The notes under the pieces are model-generated. The model searched no databases. It was not told where the DNA came from and was given only the letters and a program-made list of their open reading frames with translations. Position numbers and translations under genes: made by a program. Below are positions 33,751 to 43,824 of a DNA stretch of 43,824 bases, piece by piece. The stretch is from Fimbriimonadaceae bacterium (GTDB taxonomy: Bacteria > Armatimonadota > Fimbriimonadia > Fimbriimonadales > Fimbriimonadaceae), in contig JBDNCL010000001.1 in NCBI GenBank assembly GCA_046719655.1, forward strand, positions 1 to 43,824. The letters run 5' to 3'. Every line of letters starts with the position of its first letter. The stretch's first letter is position 1.

Positions 33751-34648
33751 TTACTCCGGCCAGGTCCGCGCCCAACCGCGGTTCATCTGAGGACCGTCGG
33801 CCACCGAACCGCGCCAAGCGTTGTTGTTGCTGCGGTAGCGGTCGCTCCAAAGGGTGGCGTTGCGTCGGATCTTGGCGTGGCTGTCGGCGTACATGACGTA
33901 GGCGTCGCCCCCGACGTAGAGCCGGATCCGGGCGTTGAGGTTGATCGCGTTCGCGGCGAGACCGTGGTTGTCCCGAGTTGCCGAACACGCCGACGCCCCA
34001 ACCGGCGTTGCCGTTGTTGGCGACCGCGTACTGGGGAGCGCGGATGAACTGCTCGCCCGTGGTCAGGACGATCGTTTCGGACGGGGACTGGAGAGACGTC
34101 TGGCTGGCCGGCCGGTTGTACTCGGTGGAGGCGAAGTCCCCCCAGGTTCCGACCGCCCGGGCCGTGCAGATGGCCGCCTGGTTGCGGGCCGGGTCCTGGC
34201 TGAGACAGCCGAACGAGAAGCCGCCGAGGCCGTAGATGTTGTAGCCGAACGTGTTCCGAATGGAGTTGTCCTGAGACAGGAGCGGCTTCGTGATCGGGTC
34301 CGCCCAGATCTGGTTGACCTCGTTCGTCGTGGTGTTCAGACCGTTTCGAATGTACGGGTTGACGAGACCCACGAACGTGTTCGCGTTGGCGAACGCGCCG
34401 CCCGGCCGCAGGTTGTCGGCGTCTCCGGTGGCCGGCGGGAAGACATCGTCGTAGTCGACCAGATACATCTGGAACGCCGTCCCGATCTGCTTGATGTTGC
34501 TGAGGGTCTGCGTCTTCTTGGCCGCCAGCTTGGCCTGGGCGAAGACCGGGAACAGGATCGCGGCGAGAATCGCGATGATCGCGATGACCACGAGAAGTTC
34601 GATGAGGGTGAAAGCTTTCCGCCCCTTCGCGGGAATGGAACGAGTCAT
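33751..34648 (-). pseudogene. Prepilin-type N-terminal cleavage/methylation domain protein (DUF1559-like), interrupted by a 1-nt frameshift near 33972-33974
   Basis: N-terminus KAFTLIELLVVIAIIAILAAILFPVFAQAK. The tracked ORF (33737..34648) becomes Arg-rich with low third-position GC after ...GVFGNSG. The +1 frame continues as DNHGLAANAINLNARIRLYVGGDAYVMYADSHAKIRRNATLWSDRYRSNNNAWRGSVADGPQMNRGWARTWPE and reaches TAA at 33751-33753, with high third-position GC. Confidence 0.8.
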
Positions 34649-34652
34649 ATAA

Positions 34653-36224
<1,572 letters not shown>

Positions 36225-36257
36225 CCCTCGGATCTCGGGCGTTGGAGATCGAAACCA

Positions 36258-36289
36258 GGGGGCAGGCGTCTCGTCGGACGCCGGCCCCC
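36258..36289. terminator. GC-rich hairpin between convergent metY and pstB
   Basis: GGGGGCAGGCGTC tcgtcg GACGCCGGCCCCC: a 13-position stem with one mismatch and no clear U-tract. Confidence 0.45.
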
Positions 36290-36374
36290 AATTCGATGTC
36301 CATCGCCGAGCAGCTTGTCTGCGGGCGTCGCGCGGGAAAGGTTGCCATCCGGACGGGCTCGTCGGCCGGCCGGA

Positions 36375-37199
36375 TCATCCGAACCGACCGGAGATGTAGT
36401 CTTCGGTCTGTTTGAGCGACGGGTAGAGAAACAGATTCTGGGTCGTATTGAACTCGATCAGTTCGCCCAACATGAAGAACCCGGTAAAGTCGCTCGCCCG
36501 CTGAGCCTGCTGCATGTTGTGGGTCACGATCACGATCGTGTACTGCGACTTGAGTTCGAAGATGAGGTCCTCGATCCTCGACGTCGCGATGGGGTCCAGG
36601 GCCGAGCAGGGCTCGTCCATCAGGATGATCTCCGGATTCACCGAAAGCGTGCGGGCGATGCACAGCCGCTGCTGCTGACCCCCGGACAGGGCCAACGCGT
36701 TCTGGTGCAGTTTGTCGCGCACTTCCTCCCAGAGAGCCGCCTTTTTCAGGCACGTCTCGACGATTCCGTCCAAATCCGACTTGCCGCGGACCCCGTGGAT
36801 CTTCGGTCCGTAGGCGATGTTCTCGTAGATCGACTTGGGGAACGGGTTCGGTTTCTGGAAGACCATCCCGACGTTGCGGCGCAGCTCGACCGGATCGACC
36901 GATGGGCCGTAGATGTCCTGGTCGTCGATCAGAATCTCGCCCTCGATCCGGGTCCCGTCGATGAAGTCGTTCATGCGGTTGAGACACCGCAGAAAGGTCG
37001 ACTTTCCGCAACCCGAAGGCCCGATCAGAGCCGTGACCTGGCGGTCGGGGATGCTCAGGCTGACCTTCTTCAGCGCGTGGAAGGCTCCGTAATAGAAGTC
37101 GACGTCGCGCGCCTGAATCTTCGGCGCCCCGAGCGTTGGGGTGATCTCTTGGACTTGCACGGTGGACACGGTGTCTTCGCTGGTTGAGGTTCCAGCCAT
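36375..37199 (-). CDS. pstB: Phosphate ABC transporter ATP-binding protein PstB
   Basis: [101 protein letters not shown]. Confidence 0.93.
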   Translation of the reverse strand: MAGTSTSEDTVSTVQVQEITPTLGAPKIQARDVDFYYGAFHALKKVSLSIPDRQVTALIGPSGCGKSTFLRCLNRMNDFIDGTRIEGEILIDDQDIYGPSVDPVELRRNVGMVFQKPNPFPKSIYENIAYGPKIHGVRGKSDLDGIVETCLKKAALWEEVRDKLHQNALALSGGQQQRLCIARTLSVNPEIILMDEPCSALDPIATSRIEDLIFELKSQYTIVIVTHNMQQAQRASDFTGFFMLGELIEFNTTQNLFLYPSLKQTEDYISGRFG

Positions 37200-37266
37200 C
37201 GACTTATCTTGGACTCCGATTGTTAAGACCGAGTCAAAGTGTCGGCAGGAGTTTACACTCGGCCAA

Positions 37267-38349
37267 CTACCCGCACAAGGCTCTTTGTCGCAGGGCGTGG
37301 TCCACGAGCACGAGGGCGACCATCGCCTCGACCATGGGCACGGCCCGCGGCAGCACGCACGGGTCGTGGCGGCCGCGACCGGTAAGGGTCGTCGGTTCGA
37401 GTTCGGTGGTGATCGTGTTCTGAGGCCGAAGCACGGTCGCCGTCGGCTTGAAGGCGCACCGGATCAGGATCGGCATCCCGTTCGAGATGCCGCCTTGAAT
37501 GCCTCCCGAATGGTTCGACCCCGTGGTCACCTTCTTCTCGTCGTCGACGAAGAATTCGTCGTTGTGCTGGAGTCCGGTCAGGTCGGTTCCGGCAAAACCG
37601 CTCCCCACCTCGAACGCCTTGCAGGCCGGCAGGGACATGACCGCTTTGGCGAGGTCGGCCTCCAGTTTGTCGAAGACCGGCTCGCCCCAACCGCTGGGGA
37701 CCCCGCGGGCGACGCACCGGATACAACCTCCGACCGAGTTGCCCTCCTTGCGGATCGATTCGATGTGGGCGATCATCTCGGCCGCCGCCGTCGGGTCGGG
37801 ACAGCGCACCGGGTTCGACTCCACGTCCCGCAGCGTGACGGTCGAAGGATCGACTTCGGCGACCAGGTGGTGGACCTTCTCGACCCAAGCCAAGATCTCG
37901 ACGCCGAACTGGTCCCGCAACACCCGCTTGGCGATCGCACCGGCCGCGACCCGCCCGATCGTCTCGCGCGCCGAGGCCCTCCCGCCTCCCGCCCAAGCCC
38001 GGATCCCGTACTTCTGGTCGTAGGCGTAGTCGGCGTGCGAGGGGCGGTACTTCGTCCGCATCTCGTCGTAATCGCGGCTCCGGGCGTCCTGGTTGCGGAC
38101 CAGCAGGGCAATCGGCGTGCCGAGGGACAGTCCGTCCACGACGCCGCTGAGGATCTCGACCGCGTCGGACTCCTTCCGTTGGGTGACGATCGCGCTTTGA
38201 CCAGGCCGGCGGCGGTCCAGCTCGGCCTGGATCTCCTCGAGCACGATCGGAACTCGGGGCGGACAACCGTCGACGACGACCCCAACCGCTCCGCCGTGCG
38301 ACTCCCCCCAAGTGCTGATGCGGAAAATCGTGCCGAAGGAACTGCTCAC
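37267..38349 (-). CDS. aroC: Chorismate synthase
   Basis: GTG start. [81 protein letters not shown]. Confidence 0.95.
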   Translation of the reverse strand: MSSSFGTIFRISTWGESHGGAVGVVVDGCPPRVPIVLEEIQAELDRRRPGQSAIVTQRKESDAVEILSGVVDGLSLGTPIALLVRNQDARSRDYDEMRTKYRPSHADYAYDQKYGIRAWAGGGRASARETIGRVAAGAIAKRVLRDQFGVEILAWVEKVHHLVAEVDPSTVTLRDVESNPVRCPDPTAAAEMIAHIESIRKEGNSVGGCIRCVARGVPSGWGEPVFDKLEADLAKAVMSLPACKAFEVGSGFAGTDLTGLQHNDEFFVDDEKKVTTGSNHSGGIQGGISNGMPILIRCAFKPTATVLRPQNTITTELEPTTLTGRGRHDPCVLPRAVPMVEAMVALVLVDHALRQRALCG

Positions 38350-38904
38350 AGGATACGGAGTCTACCTTCGAGCTTCCGGGTCGCCTGAAGGCGCGTGCGA
38401 CCGGCGACGGACGGAAGATCGGACCGCCTCGGTCGAGTCTGACGTCCGGCCGAACCAGACGTTCGAAAGTTCGGCGGCGAACCAGGCCCGAGGCTCGAAT
38501 CTGGGGCAGGGGAAGGCTAGTCGGTCGAAACCCCACCCGCGGGCCGAATCCGGGCCGGGCGGTCGCGGCGGCCCGGTCGGCTTTCTTCCCGGCACCTCGC
38601 TGGGACCGGACCGACCTCCGCCTTCGCGCTCCCCGCCGCCCATCTCAAGATCGAGGCGGGCCCGAGAGCCGGCCCGAAAGTCCCCGCCATCCGACGGGGC
38701 GGCGTCCGGGCGACTCGAGCCGACCCGGAGTCGGCCGTGCCGGTCTGCGGCCGCGTCCGGCGTTCGCGAAGGCCGGTCGGTCGATCGGAGGAGCCGTTGC
38801 GGGAGGGCGGGCCTCAGGAAGTCTTGTGCCCGTCGGTCGCCGGACGGATCGCCCGCACGCCGCCCCGTCGGAAATCCCCGTGGGAGCCCTCGTGGCCGCC
38901 GGGA

Positions 38905-38910
38905 CATAAT
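38905..38910 (+). promoter_or_regulatory. -10-like hexamer CATAAT, 9 nt upstream of the deacetylase GTG start
   Basis: gggaCATAATcatccgagaGTG. No Shine-Dalgarno. Confidence 0.35.
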
Positions 38911-38919
38911 CATCCGAGA

Positions 38920-40005
38920 GTGCTTCCAAACTTCTTCTACCATCCGCGAATCCTCGACTACGACTTCGGGCCGAAGCACCCGCTGAAACCGGAGCGGCTC
39001 CGGCGCACGATCCGTCTCCTCGAGGCCCTGGGGCAGTCGGAAATCCTGGACCCTGGCCCGGGAAGGCGCCAAGACGCCGAGAGGATGCACTCTGCCGACT
39101 ACGTGTCTACGGTCGAGCATATTTCCTGCGGGTTCCCGATCCCCCAGGGCATGCACATCCGGCACGGTATCGGGACGCTCGACAACCCGGCCTTCGACGG
39201 CATGTACGAGGCTTCGCTGGCATACCTGGCGGCGACGGTTCGGGCGGCGGAGGCCGTTCGCGACGGAGCCCGGCTCGCCTTTTCGATCGGCGGCGGTCTC
39301 CATCACGCGCAGAGAGACCGCGCCTCGGGATTCTGCATCTTCAACGACCCCGCCATCGCGCTCCAGGTTCTGCGCGAGCGGTTCGACCGCGTCGCCTACG
39401 TCGACATCGACGTTCACCATGGCGACGGGGTGCAGGCCCTCTGGTACGACGACCCGAGCGTCATGACGTGCAGCATCCACCAGGACGGGCGGACCCTCTA
39501 CCCCGGCACCGGCCACGTCCACGAAGTGGGCGCCGCCTTCACGAGCGTCAACGTTCCCCTGATGCCGAAGACGACGGGAGACGTCTGGATGTGGTCGTTC
39601 GACTACGGCATCCTCCCGGCGCTCGAGGCGTTCCAACCGGAGGCGATCGTGCTCCAGCTCGGAACCGATTCCCACCTGCTGGACCCCCTCGCCCACCTGC
39701 GCGTGTCCGCCCAGGAGTGGCTTCACGCGGTTCGTCGCGTTCGCGATTTCGGAGTCCCGATCGTCGCCACCGGTGGAGGCGGTTACAACCTCGCGACCGT
39801 TCCGAGGATGTGGGCCGCCGCCTGCCTGACGCTGGCCGGTCGCGAGGTGCCCGACGCCCTGCCCCCCGATCTGGCCGAGGAGTGGCAGATGCCGCGTTTC
39901 TTCGACGACGAAATTCCCGGCCCGGCCGGATCTGGGATGGACGAAGCTCGGGCTGCCGTCACCTGGCTGAGCGAGAATCTCGTCCCCAACGTCCCGAGAC
40001 CCTAG
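38920..40005 (+). CDS. Histone deacetylase family protein (acetoin utilisation AcuC-like)
   Basis: GTG at 38920 gives (M)LPNFFYHPRILDYDFGPKHPLKPERL, which matches the usual AcuC N-terminus. GGGLHHAQRDRASGFCIFND, YVDIDVHHGDG, QLGTDSH. The ORF part upstream of 38920 is Arg-rich with no codon periodicity. Confidence 0.88.
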   Translation: MLPNFFYHPRILDYDFGPKHPLKPERLRRTIRLLEALGQSEILDPGPGRRQDAERMHSADYVSTVEHISCGFPIPQGMHIRHGIGTLDNPAFDGMYEASLAYLAATVRAAEAVRDGARLAFSIGGGLHHAQRDRASGFCIFNDPAIALQVLRERFDRVAYVDIDVHHGDGVQALWYDDPSVMTCSIHQDGRTLYPGTGHVHEVGAAFTSVNVPLMPKTTGDVWMWSFDYGILPALEAFQPEAIVLQLGTDSHLLDPLAHLRVSAQEWLHAVRRVRDFGVPIVATGGGGYNLATVPRMWAAACLTLAGREVPDALPPDLAEEWQMPRFFDDEIPGPAGSGMDEARAAVTWLSENLVPNVPRP

Positions 40006-40099
40006 CCGACGCGGGGGCCGCGCCGATCGTTGGATATGGGGACCGATCTTCGCCGGTCCGACCCCCGGCATCTTCCCGGGGTGTATCCTTCCCGGAACG

Positions 40100-42931
40100 A
40101 TGCGCAAGACAATCCGCATAGAGCCGGCGGGCGACGCTTCCGCGGAGATCCCGCGCCTCTCCCGAGCCGGGATCGGGTGCCTCGGCATCCTCGTCCTCCT
40201 GGTCGCCGCCGCCGCCGCCGTCGGCCCGTTCACCGAATGGCTGTGGTACGTGCACGACATCCGGGCTCCTCAGGTGCTGACGATCGGTTACCTCACCCGC
40301 GGACTCCTGTTCGTCATCAGCTTCCTCGTGGCCCTGGCCGTGTTCTTGCTGTGCTTCAAGAGGGTTCTCTCGGTTTGGAGCGTCTACTCGCGGATCCCGT
40401 CGAGCCTGGGCGAACAGGTCAGCGGAAATGTCTTGGCATGGCTCCAGACCCGAGGCTGGACGATCGCGAAGGTTCTCAGCGTCGTGCTCGCCGCGATGTT
40501 CGGATCGGGCTTCTCCAACCACTGGCAGACCTACCTGGCCTGGAGGAACGCGGTTCCGTTCGGAAAGACCGACCCCATGTTCGGGCTCGACGTCGGTTTC
40601 TTCGTCTTCACGCTGCCGTGGTACGGGGCTTTGGTCGGCTTCGCGGTCGGATTGTTGCTCATGGCGACCCTGATCTCCGGCGGACTCTACGCCGGCATGG
40701 CCGCCTTGGCCCGGATGGCGGGCGTGCAGATCGGACTCGCGGCTATCCGCGCCCACATCGGGATCCTCCTGGGTCTCGGGTTCTTCGCATTGGCGGCGAG
40801 CGTGTGGCTCTCCCGGTACGGGCTGACGGTGGCCGAAAACCCGCAGTTCACGGGCGCCGGAGCGGCGGCCCAGCATCAGCTGGCGGCTCTGTCGCTTCTC
40901 GCCGTCGTTCTGGCGCTGGGAGGGATCGTCACGTTCGCCAACATCCGGTCCGGCAAGCCGTTCTCGGGGCCCGTCGTCGGGGCCGTCGCATCCGTGGCGG
41001 TCGCGTTCGTCGGCGTCGGGGTATGGCCGTCGATCTTCCAGCGTTTCGTGGTCGAACCAAACCGGATCACGCGCGAGACGCCCTTTGCCCGACGGGCGAT
41101 CGAGATGACCCGTTGGGCCTACGGGCTGGACCAGATCGTCGTCTCCAACAGCCAAGTCCAGGACATGCCGACCCAGAGCGACCTCGACCAGAGCAAGACC
41201 ACGCTCGATCAGGTCCGCCTTTGGGACCCGTCGGTCCTCCAGAGCCACATCGAGGCGACGCAGGCGTTGCGCACCTTCTACACGTTTCACGACGTCGATC
41301 TCGACCGCTACACGATCGACGGACGCCAGCGGCTCGTGATGGTGGCCCCTCGCGACATCCGGATCGAAGGTCTCCAACCCGGGGCCCGAACCTGGGTCAA
41401 CGAGAGGTTGCGGTTCACGCACGGCTTCGGCGTGACCCTCGCTCCCGGGCACCTCGCCGAGGCCGACGGAAAACCCGTCTTCAAGATTCAGGACGTCCCG
41501 CCGACCACGCACCCCGACATCCCCCTCGAACAGCCGCGCATCTATTTCAGCGACTTCCCGAACCGGGCGTTCGATACGCGGGGCAACTACGCGATCGTCA
41601 ACACGAAGACCGACGAGTTCGACTACCTGGCCGAATCGGGGGCGGTCGACTATCGCTGGACGGGGAAGCGCGGCGTTCCCATCGGCGGTCTTCTGACGCG
41701 GGCCGCGCTGAGCATGCGTTTGTCGGACGGAAACCTCCTCGTTTCGCCGAACGTGACGCCGGAGTCGCGGGTGCTCATGCATCGCTCCGTCGTTACCCGG
41801 GCCCGCAAGAAGTTCCCGTTCCTGAAGTTTGACACCGACCCGTACATCGTGGTCTTCCAGGGCCGGCTGGTCTGGATCATCGACGGGTACACGACCACCG
41901 ACCGGATCCCCTACAGCGCCCGGCTCCGCGGGGATGGGATGTCGGTGAACTACATCCGAAACCCGGTCAAGGTCACGGTCGACGCGTACGACGGGGAAGT
42001 CCTCGCGTACGCCATCGACTCGAACGAGCCCCTTCTGCGCACGTTCATGCGCGCCTACCCGAATCTGGTCCGCCCGGCGTCGGAGATCCCGGAAGGGCTC
42101 GAGCGGCACTTCCGCTACCCCGAGGACATGTTCGTGGCTCAGGCGGCGCAGCTGACTCAGTACCACATCGAAAGTCCGCAGGCGTTCCTCAACAACGAAG
42201 ACGCCTGGGACATGCCGGTGGAGCTGGGACGGCGGGGCGGTACCGAGGCGATGCGCCCGTACTACGTCCAGATGCAGCTGCCCGGCAACGCCCGGGACGA
42301 GTTTCTGCTGATCCTCCCGTTCTCGCCTCGGGGTCGACCGACTCTCAGCGGCTGGCTCGCCGCCTCCTGCGACCCCGAAGACTACGGAAGACTCCGTCTC
42401 TACCGGTTCCCGCGCGGCAGCAGCCTGCCCGGCCCGGCCCAGATGGAGGCGAACTTCAACAACGACGCCGAAATCGCCAACATCAACAAGCTGCTCAACA
42501 CCGACACCAGCCGGATTGTGCCGGGCAACATGTTCGTGCTCCCCATCGGGCAGAGCGTCATGTACGTCAAGCCCCTCTTCCTCGAGAGCCGATCGCCCGG
42601 AATGCCCCAGATTCCCGAACTGAGGAAGGTCATCCTCGGCCTGTCGGGTCGGATCGTGGTGGCCGACAGCTACGACGGCGCCCTGCGGCGCCTGCTCGGG
42701 GCCGGGGTGGCGGACCGGGCGGCCCGCACCGTTCCTGCCGAGGCATCGGCCCCGAGCGATCCGGCCGAACCGCGTCCGGACGAAACGGTCGACCGCCAAA
42801 GCGTCCGCGAAGCCCTCGACGTGCTCCAGCGGGCCGAAGAGGCGCTCCGCCAGGGCGACTTTGGCCGATACGGAGAGCTGCTGCGCGACCTGAGGCGACG
42901 CCTGCAGGAGCTGTCGGGAACCGAACGATGA
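40100..42931 (+). CDS. UPF0182 family large membrane protein (943 aa)
   Basis: The N-terminal third has about 7 TM helices (FTEWLWYVHD..., FFVFTLPWY...). This is followed by a large soluble region (RLWDPSVL, YTFHDVDLDRY, VNERLRFTHGFG, YIRNPVKVTVDAYDG, RYPEDMF, YYVQMQLPG, LESRS...PELRKVI) that is characteristic of UPF0182. Confidence 0.88.
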   Translation: MRKTIRIEPAGDASAEIPRLSRAGIGCLGILVLLVAAAAAVGPFTEWLWYVHDIRAPQVLTIGYLTRGLLFVISFLVALAVFLLCFKRVLSVWSVYSRIPSSLGEQVSGNVLAWLQTRGWTIAKVLSVVLAAMFGSGFSNHWQTYLAWRNAVPFGKTDPMFGLDVGFFVFTLPWYGALVGFAVGLLLMATLISGGLYAGMAALARMAGVQIGLAAIRAHIGILLGLGFFALAASVWLSRYGLTVAENPQFTGAGAAAQHQLAALSLLAVVLALGGIVTFANIRSGKPFSGPVVGAVASVAVAFVGVGVWPSIFQRFVVEPNRITRETPFARRAIEMTRWAYGLDQIVVSNSQVQDMPTQSDLDQSKTTLDQVRLWDPSVLQSHIEATQALRTFYTFHDVDLDRYTIDGRQRLVMVAPRDIRIEGLQPGARTWVNERLRFTHGFGVTLAPGHLAEADGKPVFKIQDVPPTTHPDIPLEQPRIYFSDFPNRAFDTRGNYAIVNTKTDEFDYLAESGAVDYRWTGKRGVPIGGLLTRAALSMRLSDGNLLVSPNVTPESRVLMHRSVVTRARKKFPFLKFDTDPYIVVFQGRLVWIIDGYTTTDRIPYSARLRGDGMSVNYIRNPVKVTVDAYDGEVLAYAIDSNEPLLRTFMRAYPNLVRPASEIPEGLERHFRYPEDMFVAQAAQLTQYHIESPQAFLNNEDAWDMPVELGRRGGTEAMRPYYVQMQLPGNARDEFLLILPFSPRGRPTLSGWLAASCDPEDYGRLRLYRFPRGSSLPGPAQMEANFNNDAEIANINKLLNTDTSRIVPGNMFVLPIGQSVMYVKPLFLESRSPGMPQIPELRKVILGLSGRIVVADSYDGALRRLLGAGVADRAARTVPAEASAPSDPAEPRPDETVDRQSVREALDVLQRAEEALRQGDFGRYGELLRDLRRRLQELSGTER

Positions 42932-43770
42932 CGGTCGGAATCGTCGGACTGGGACTGATCGGCACGTCGGTGGGCCTCGCCTTCCGGCGCGCCGATCCCA
43001 ACCTGTTCGTCCTGGGGTTGGACCTCAACCCCGGCAACGCCGAAATCGCCCATCGGCGCGGAGCCGTCCATCTCGTCGCTTCCGACCTCGAAGCGCTCGG
43101 GGCGGCCGAACTCGTCGTGGTTTCCGCAACCCCGAACGCATCGATCGAAATCCTTTCTCGGCTCGAGCAAGTCCGGTCGCCCGAGACCCTCGCGACCGAC
43201 TGCGCCAGCATCAAGGGGCCGATGTGCGACTGGAGGGATGCGGTTCCGAGTCGGTCCCAATGGTTTGTGCCCGGCCATCCGATGGCCGGAAAGGCGGAAG
43301 CCGGCCCGGGTGCGGCCGACGCCTCCCTGTTCGAAGGCGCGGTTTGGGCCCTGTGCGGAGACGAACGGTGTCGGACGGGCGTCGGGCGAGAGATCGAAGC
43401 CCTGATCCGAGTCACCGGCGCCCGACCGGTGTGGACGGACGGGGAAAGCCACGACCGGGCCGTCGCGCTCCGCAGCCACGTTCTCCACATGCTCGCCGGA
43501 GCGCTCGTCGAAATGGCGGCCTCCGACGGACTGCCGCCGCTGTGCGGGCCGGCGTGGCGCGACTTCACCCGGATCGCCGGGAGCCATCCCGGGTTGTGGA
43601 CCGAGATCGTGCTCGGGAACCGAGAGGCGATCGCCGCGACCCTGGCCGAACTCGAAGACCGCACCCGCGAACTTCGGCGGCTGGTCGCCGTCGGCACGCC
43701 CGGCGAAATTTTGGACGCCTTCGAGTCGGCCCGCCGGGCAAAGGACCGCTGCGGAAGCCAGCCGTCCTGA
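42928..43770 (+). CDS. tyrA: Prephenate (or arogenate) dehydrogenase
   Basis: The ATG overlaps the UPF0182 stop (ATGA). MTVGIVGLGLIGTSVGLA (Rossmann), DCASIKG, FVPGHPMAGKAEAGP, ESHDRAVALRSHVLHML, FTRIAGSHPGLWTEI. Confidence 0.88.
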   Translation: MTVGIVGLGLIGTSVGLAFRRADPNLFVLGLDLNPGNAEIAHRRGAVHLVASDLEALGAAELVVVSATPNASIEILSRLEQVRSPETLATDCASIKGPMCDWRDAVPSRSQWFVPGHPMAGKAEAGPGAADASLFEGAVWALCGDERCRTGVGREIEALIRVTGARPVWTDGESHDRAVALRSHVLHMLAGALVEMAASDGLPPLCGPAWRDFTRIAGSHPGLWTEIVLGNREAIAATLAELEDRTRELRRLVAVGTPGEILDAFESARRAKDRCGSQPS

Positions 43771-43824
43771 TGCCGTCTGCCGTCGGGTCGGCCGGCGGGG
43801 AACCGGGCTCCTACAACGCAACCC

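Noticed and set aside
38490-38540. tRNA/tmRNA-like words (CTCGAATCTGGGGC, GGGGCAGGGGAAGG)
   Set aside because: No T-arm with a GTTCGAATC loop flanked by complementary stems, no acceptor stem and no CCA context. I could not fold it into a cloverleaf or a tmRNA tRNA-like domain.
38676-38683. GAAAGTCC, which resembles the RNase P RNA P4 motif (GGAAAGUCC), inside the 570-nt gap
   Set aside because: The other universally conserved RNase P blocks (GGUAAGAGCGCACC-like and ACAGAA-N-CGGCUUA-like) are absent on either strand. A single 8-mer is not evidence.
38362-42799. Very long minus-strand ORFs (38362..40260, 632 aa; 39959..42799, 946 aa) antisense to the deacetylase and UPF0182 genes
   Set aside because: They are Arg/Gly/Pro/Asp-rich with no recognisable domains. 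They are typical shadow ORFs of a high-GC genome lying opposite well-supported genes.

Overview
This is a 43.8 kb window of high-GC bacterial chromosome (about two-thirds G+C by eye). It is densely packed with about 47 protein-coding genes. I saw no rRNA, tRNA, CRISPR array, transposase or integrase.

Most of the content is housekeeping:
- a DUF4350/DUF4129 envelope cluster at the left edge
- a livK-livH-livM-livG branched-chain amino-acid ABC operon with no livF
- a GH2 glycosidase, TetR and MscS-family channel run
- a pseudo-receiver/PAS/GGDEF cyclase
- a 2Fe-2S ferredoxin plus LemA
- an apt / OB-fold protein / miaA / hfq / dapF / M20 peptidase run
- an ECF sigma / anti-sigma / RseB-like module
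- ribosomal protein L31 (type B)
- an etfB-etfA-PPIase-mazG-esterase-ltaE run
- DUF2089 plus DUF4097
- EVE, hsp20, metY, pstB, aroC, an AcuC/HDAC-family deacetylase, a 943-aa UPF0182 membrane protein and tyrA

The prepilin-type (DUF1559-like) gene and the overall gene style fit an Armatimonadota- or Planctomycetota-like diderm. That placement is inference only.

The least ordinary locus is three co-directional genes at 7771-9698:
- a TPR / proline-rich / 3-TM protein carrying a CCCC motif
- a secreted 10-Cys protein with a CXXCH motif
- a secreted 21-Cys protein built from C-x-x-C-C-G-x-x octapeptide repeats

I cannot assign any of the three to a family I know. They are my best candidate for an undescribed (metal- or redox-handling?) envelope module.

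Other points worth a second look:
- a frameshifted prepilin-like gene
- livH with no canonical start codon in its conserved N-terminal region
- a recurring -10-like hexamer 7-9 nt upstream of start codons, which suggests leaderless mRNAs
- a MazG with a vestigial methylase-like N-terminus
- two GC-rich, apparently non-coding gaps that look structured in places (32772-33149 and 38350-38919)

All calls come from reading the sequence and the ORF track. No database search was possible.
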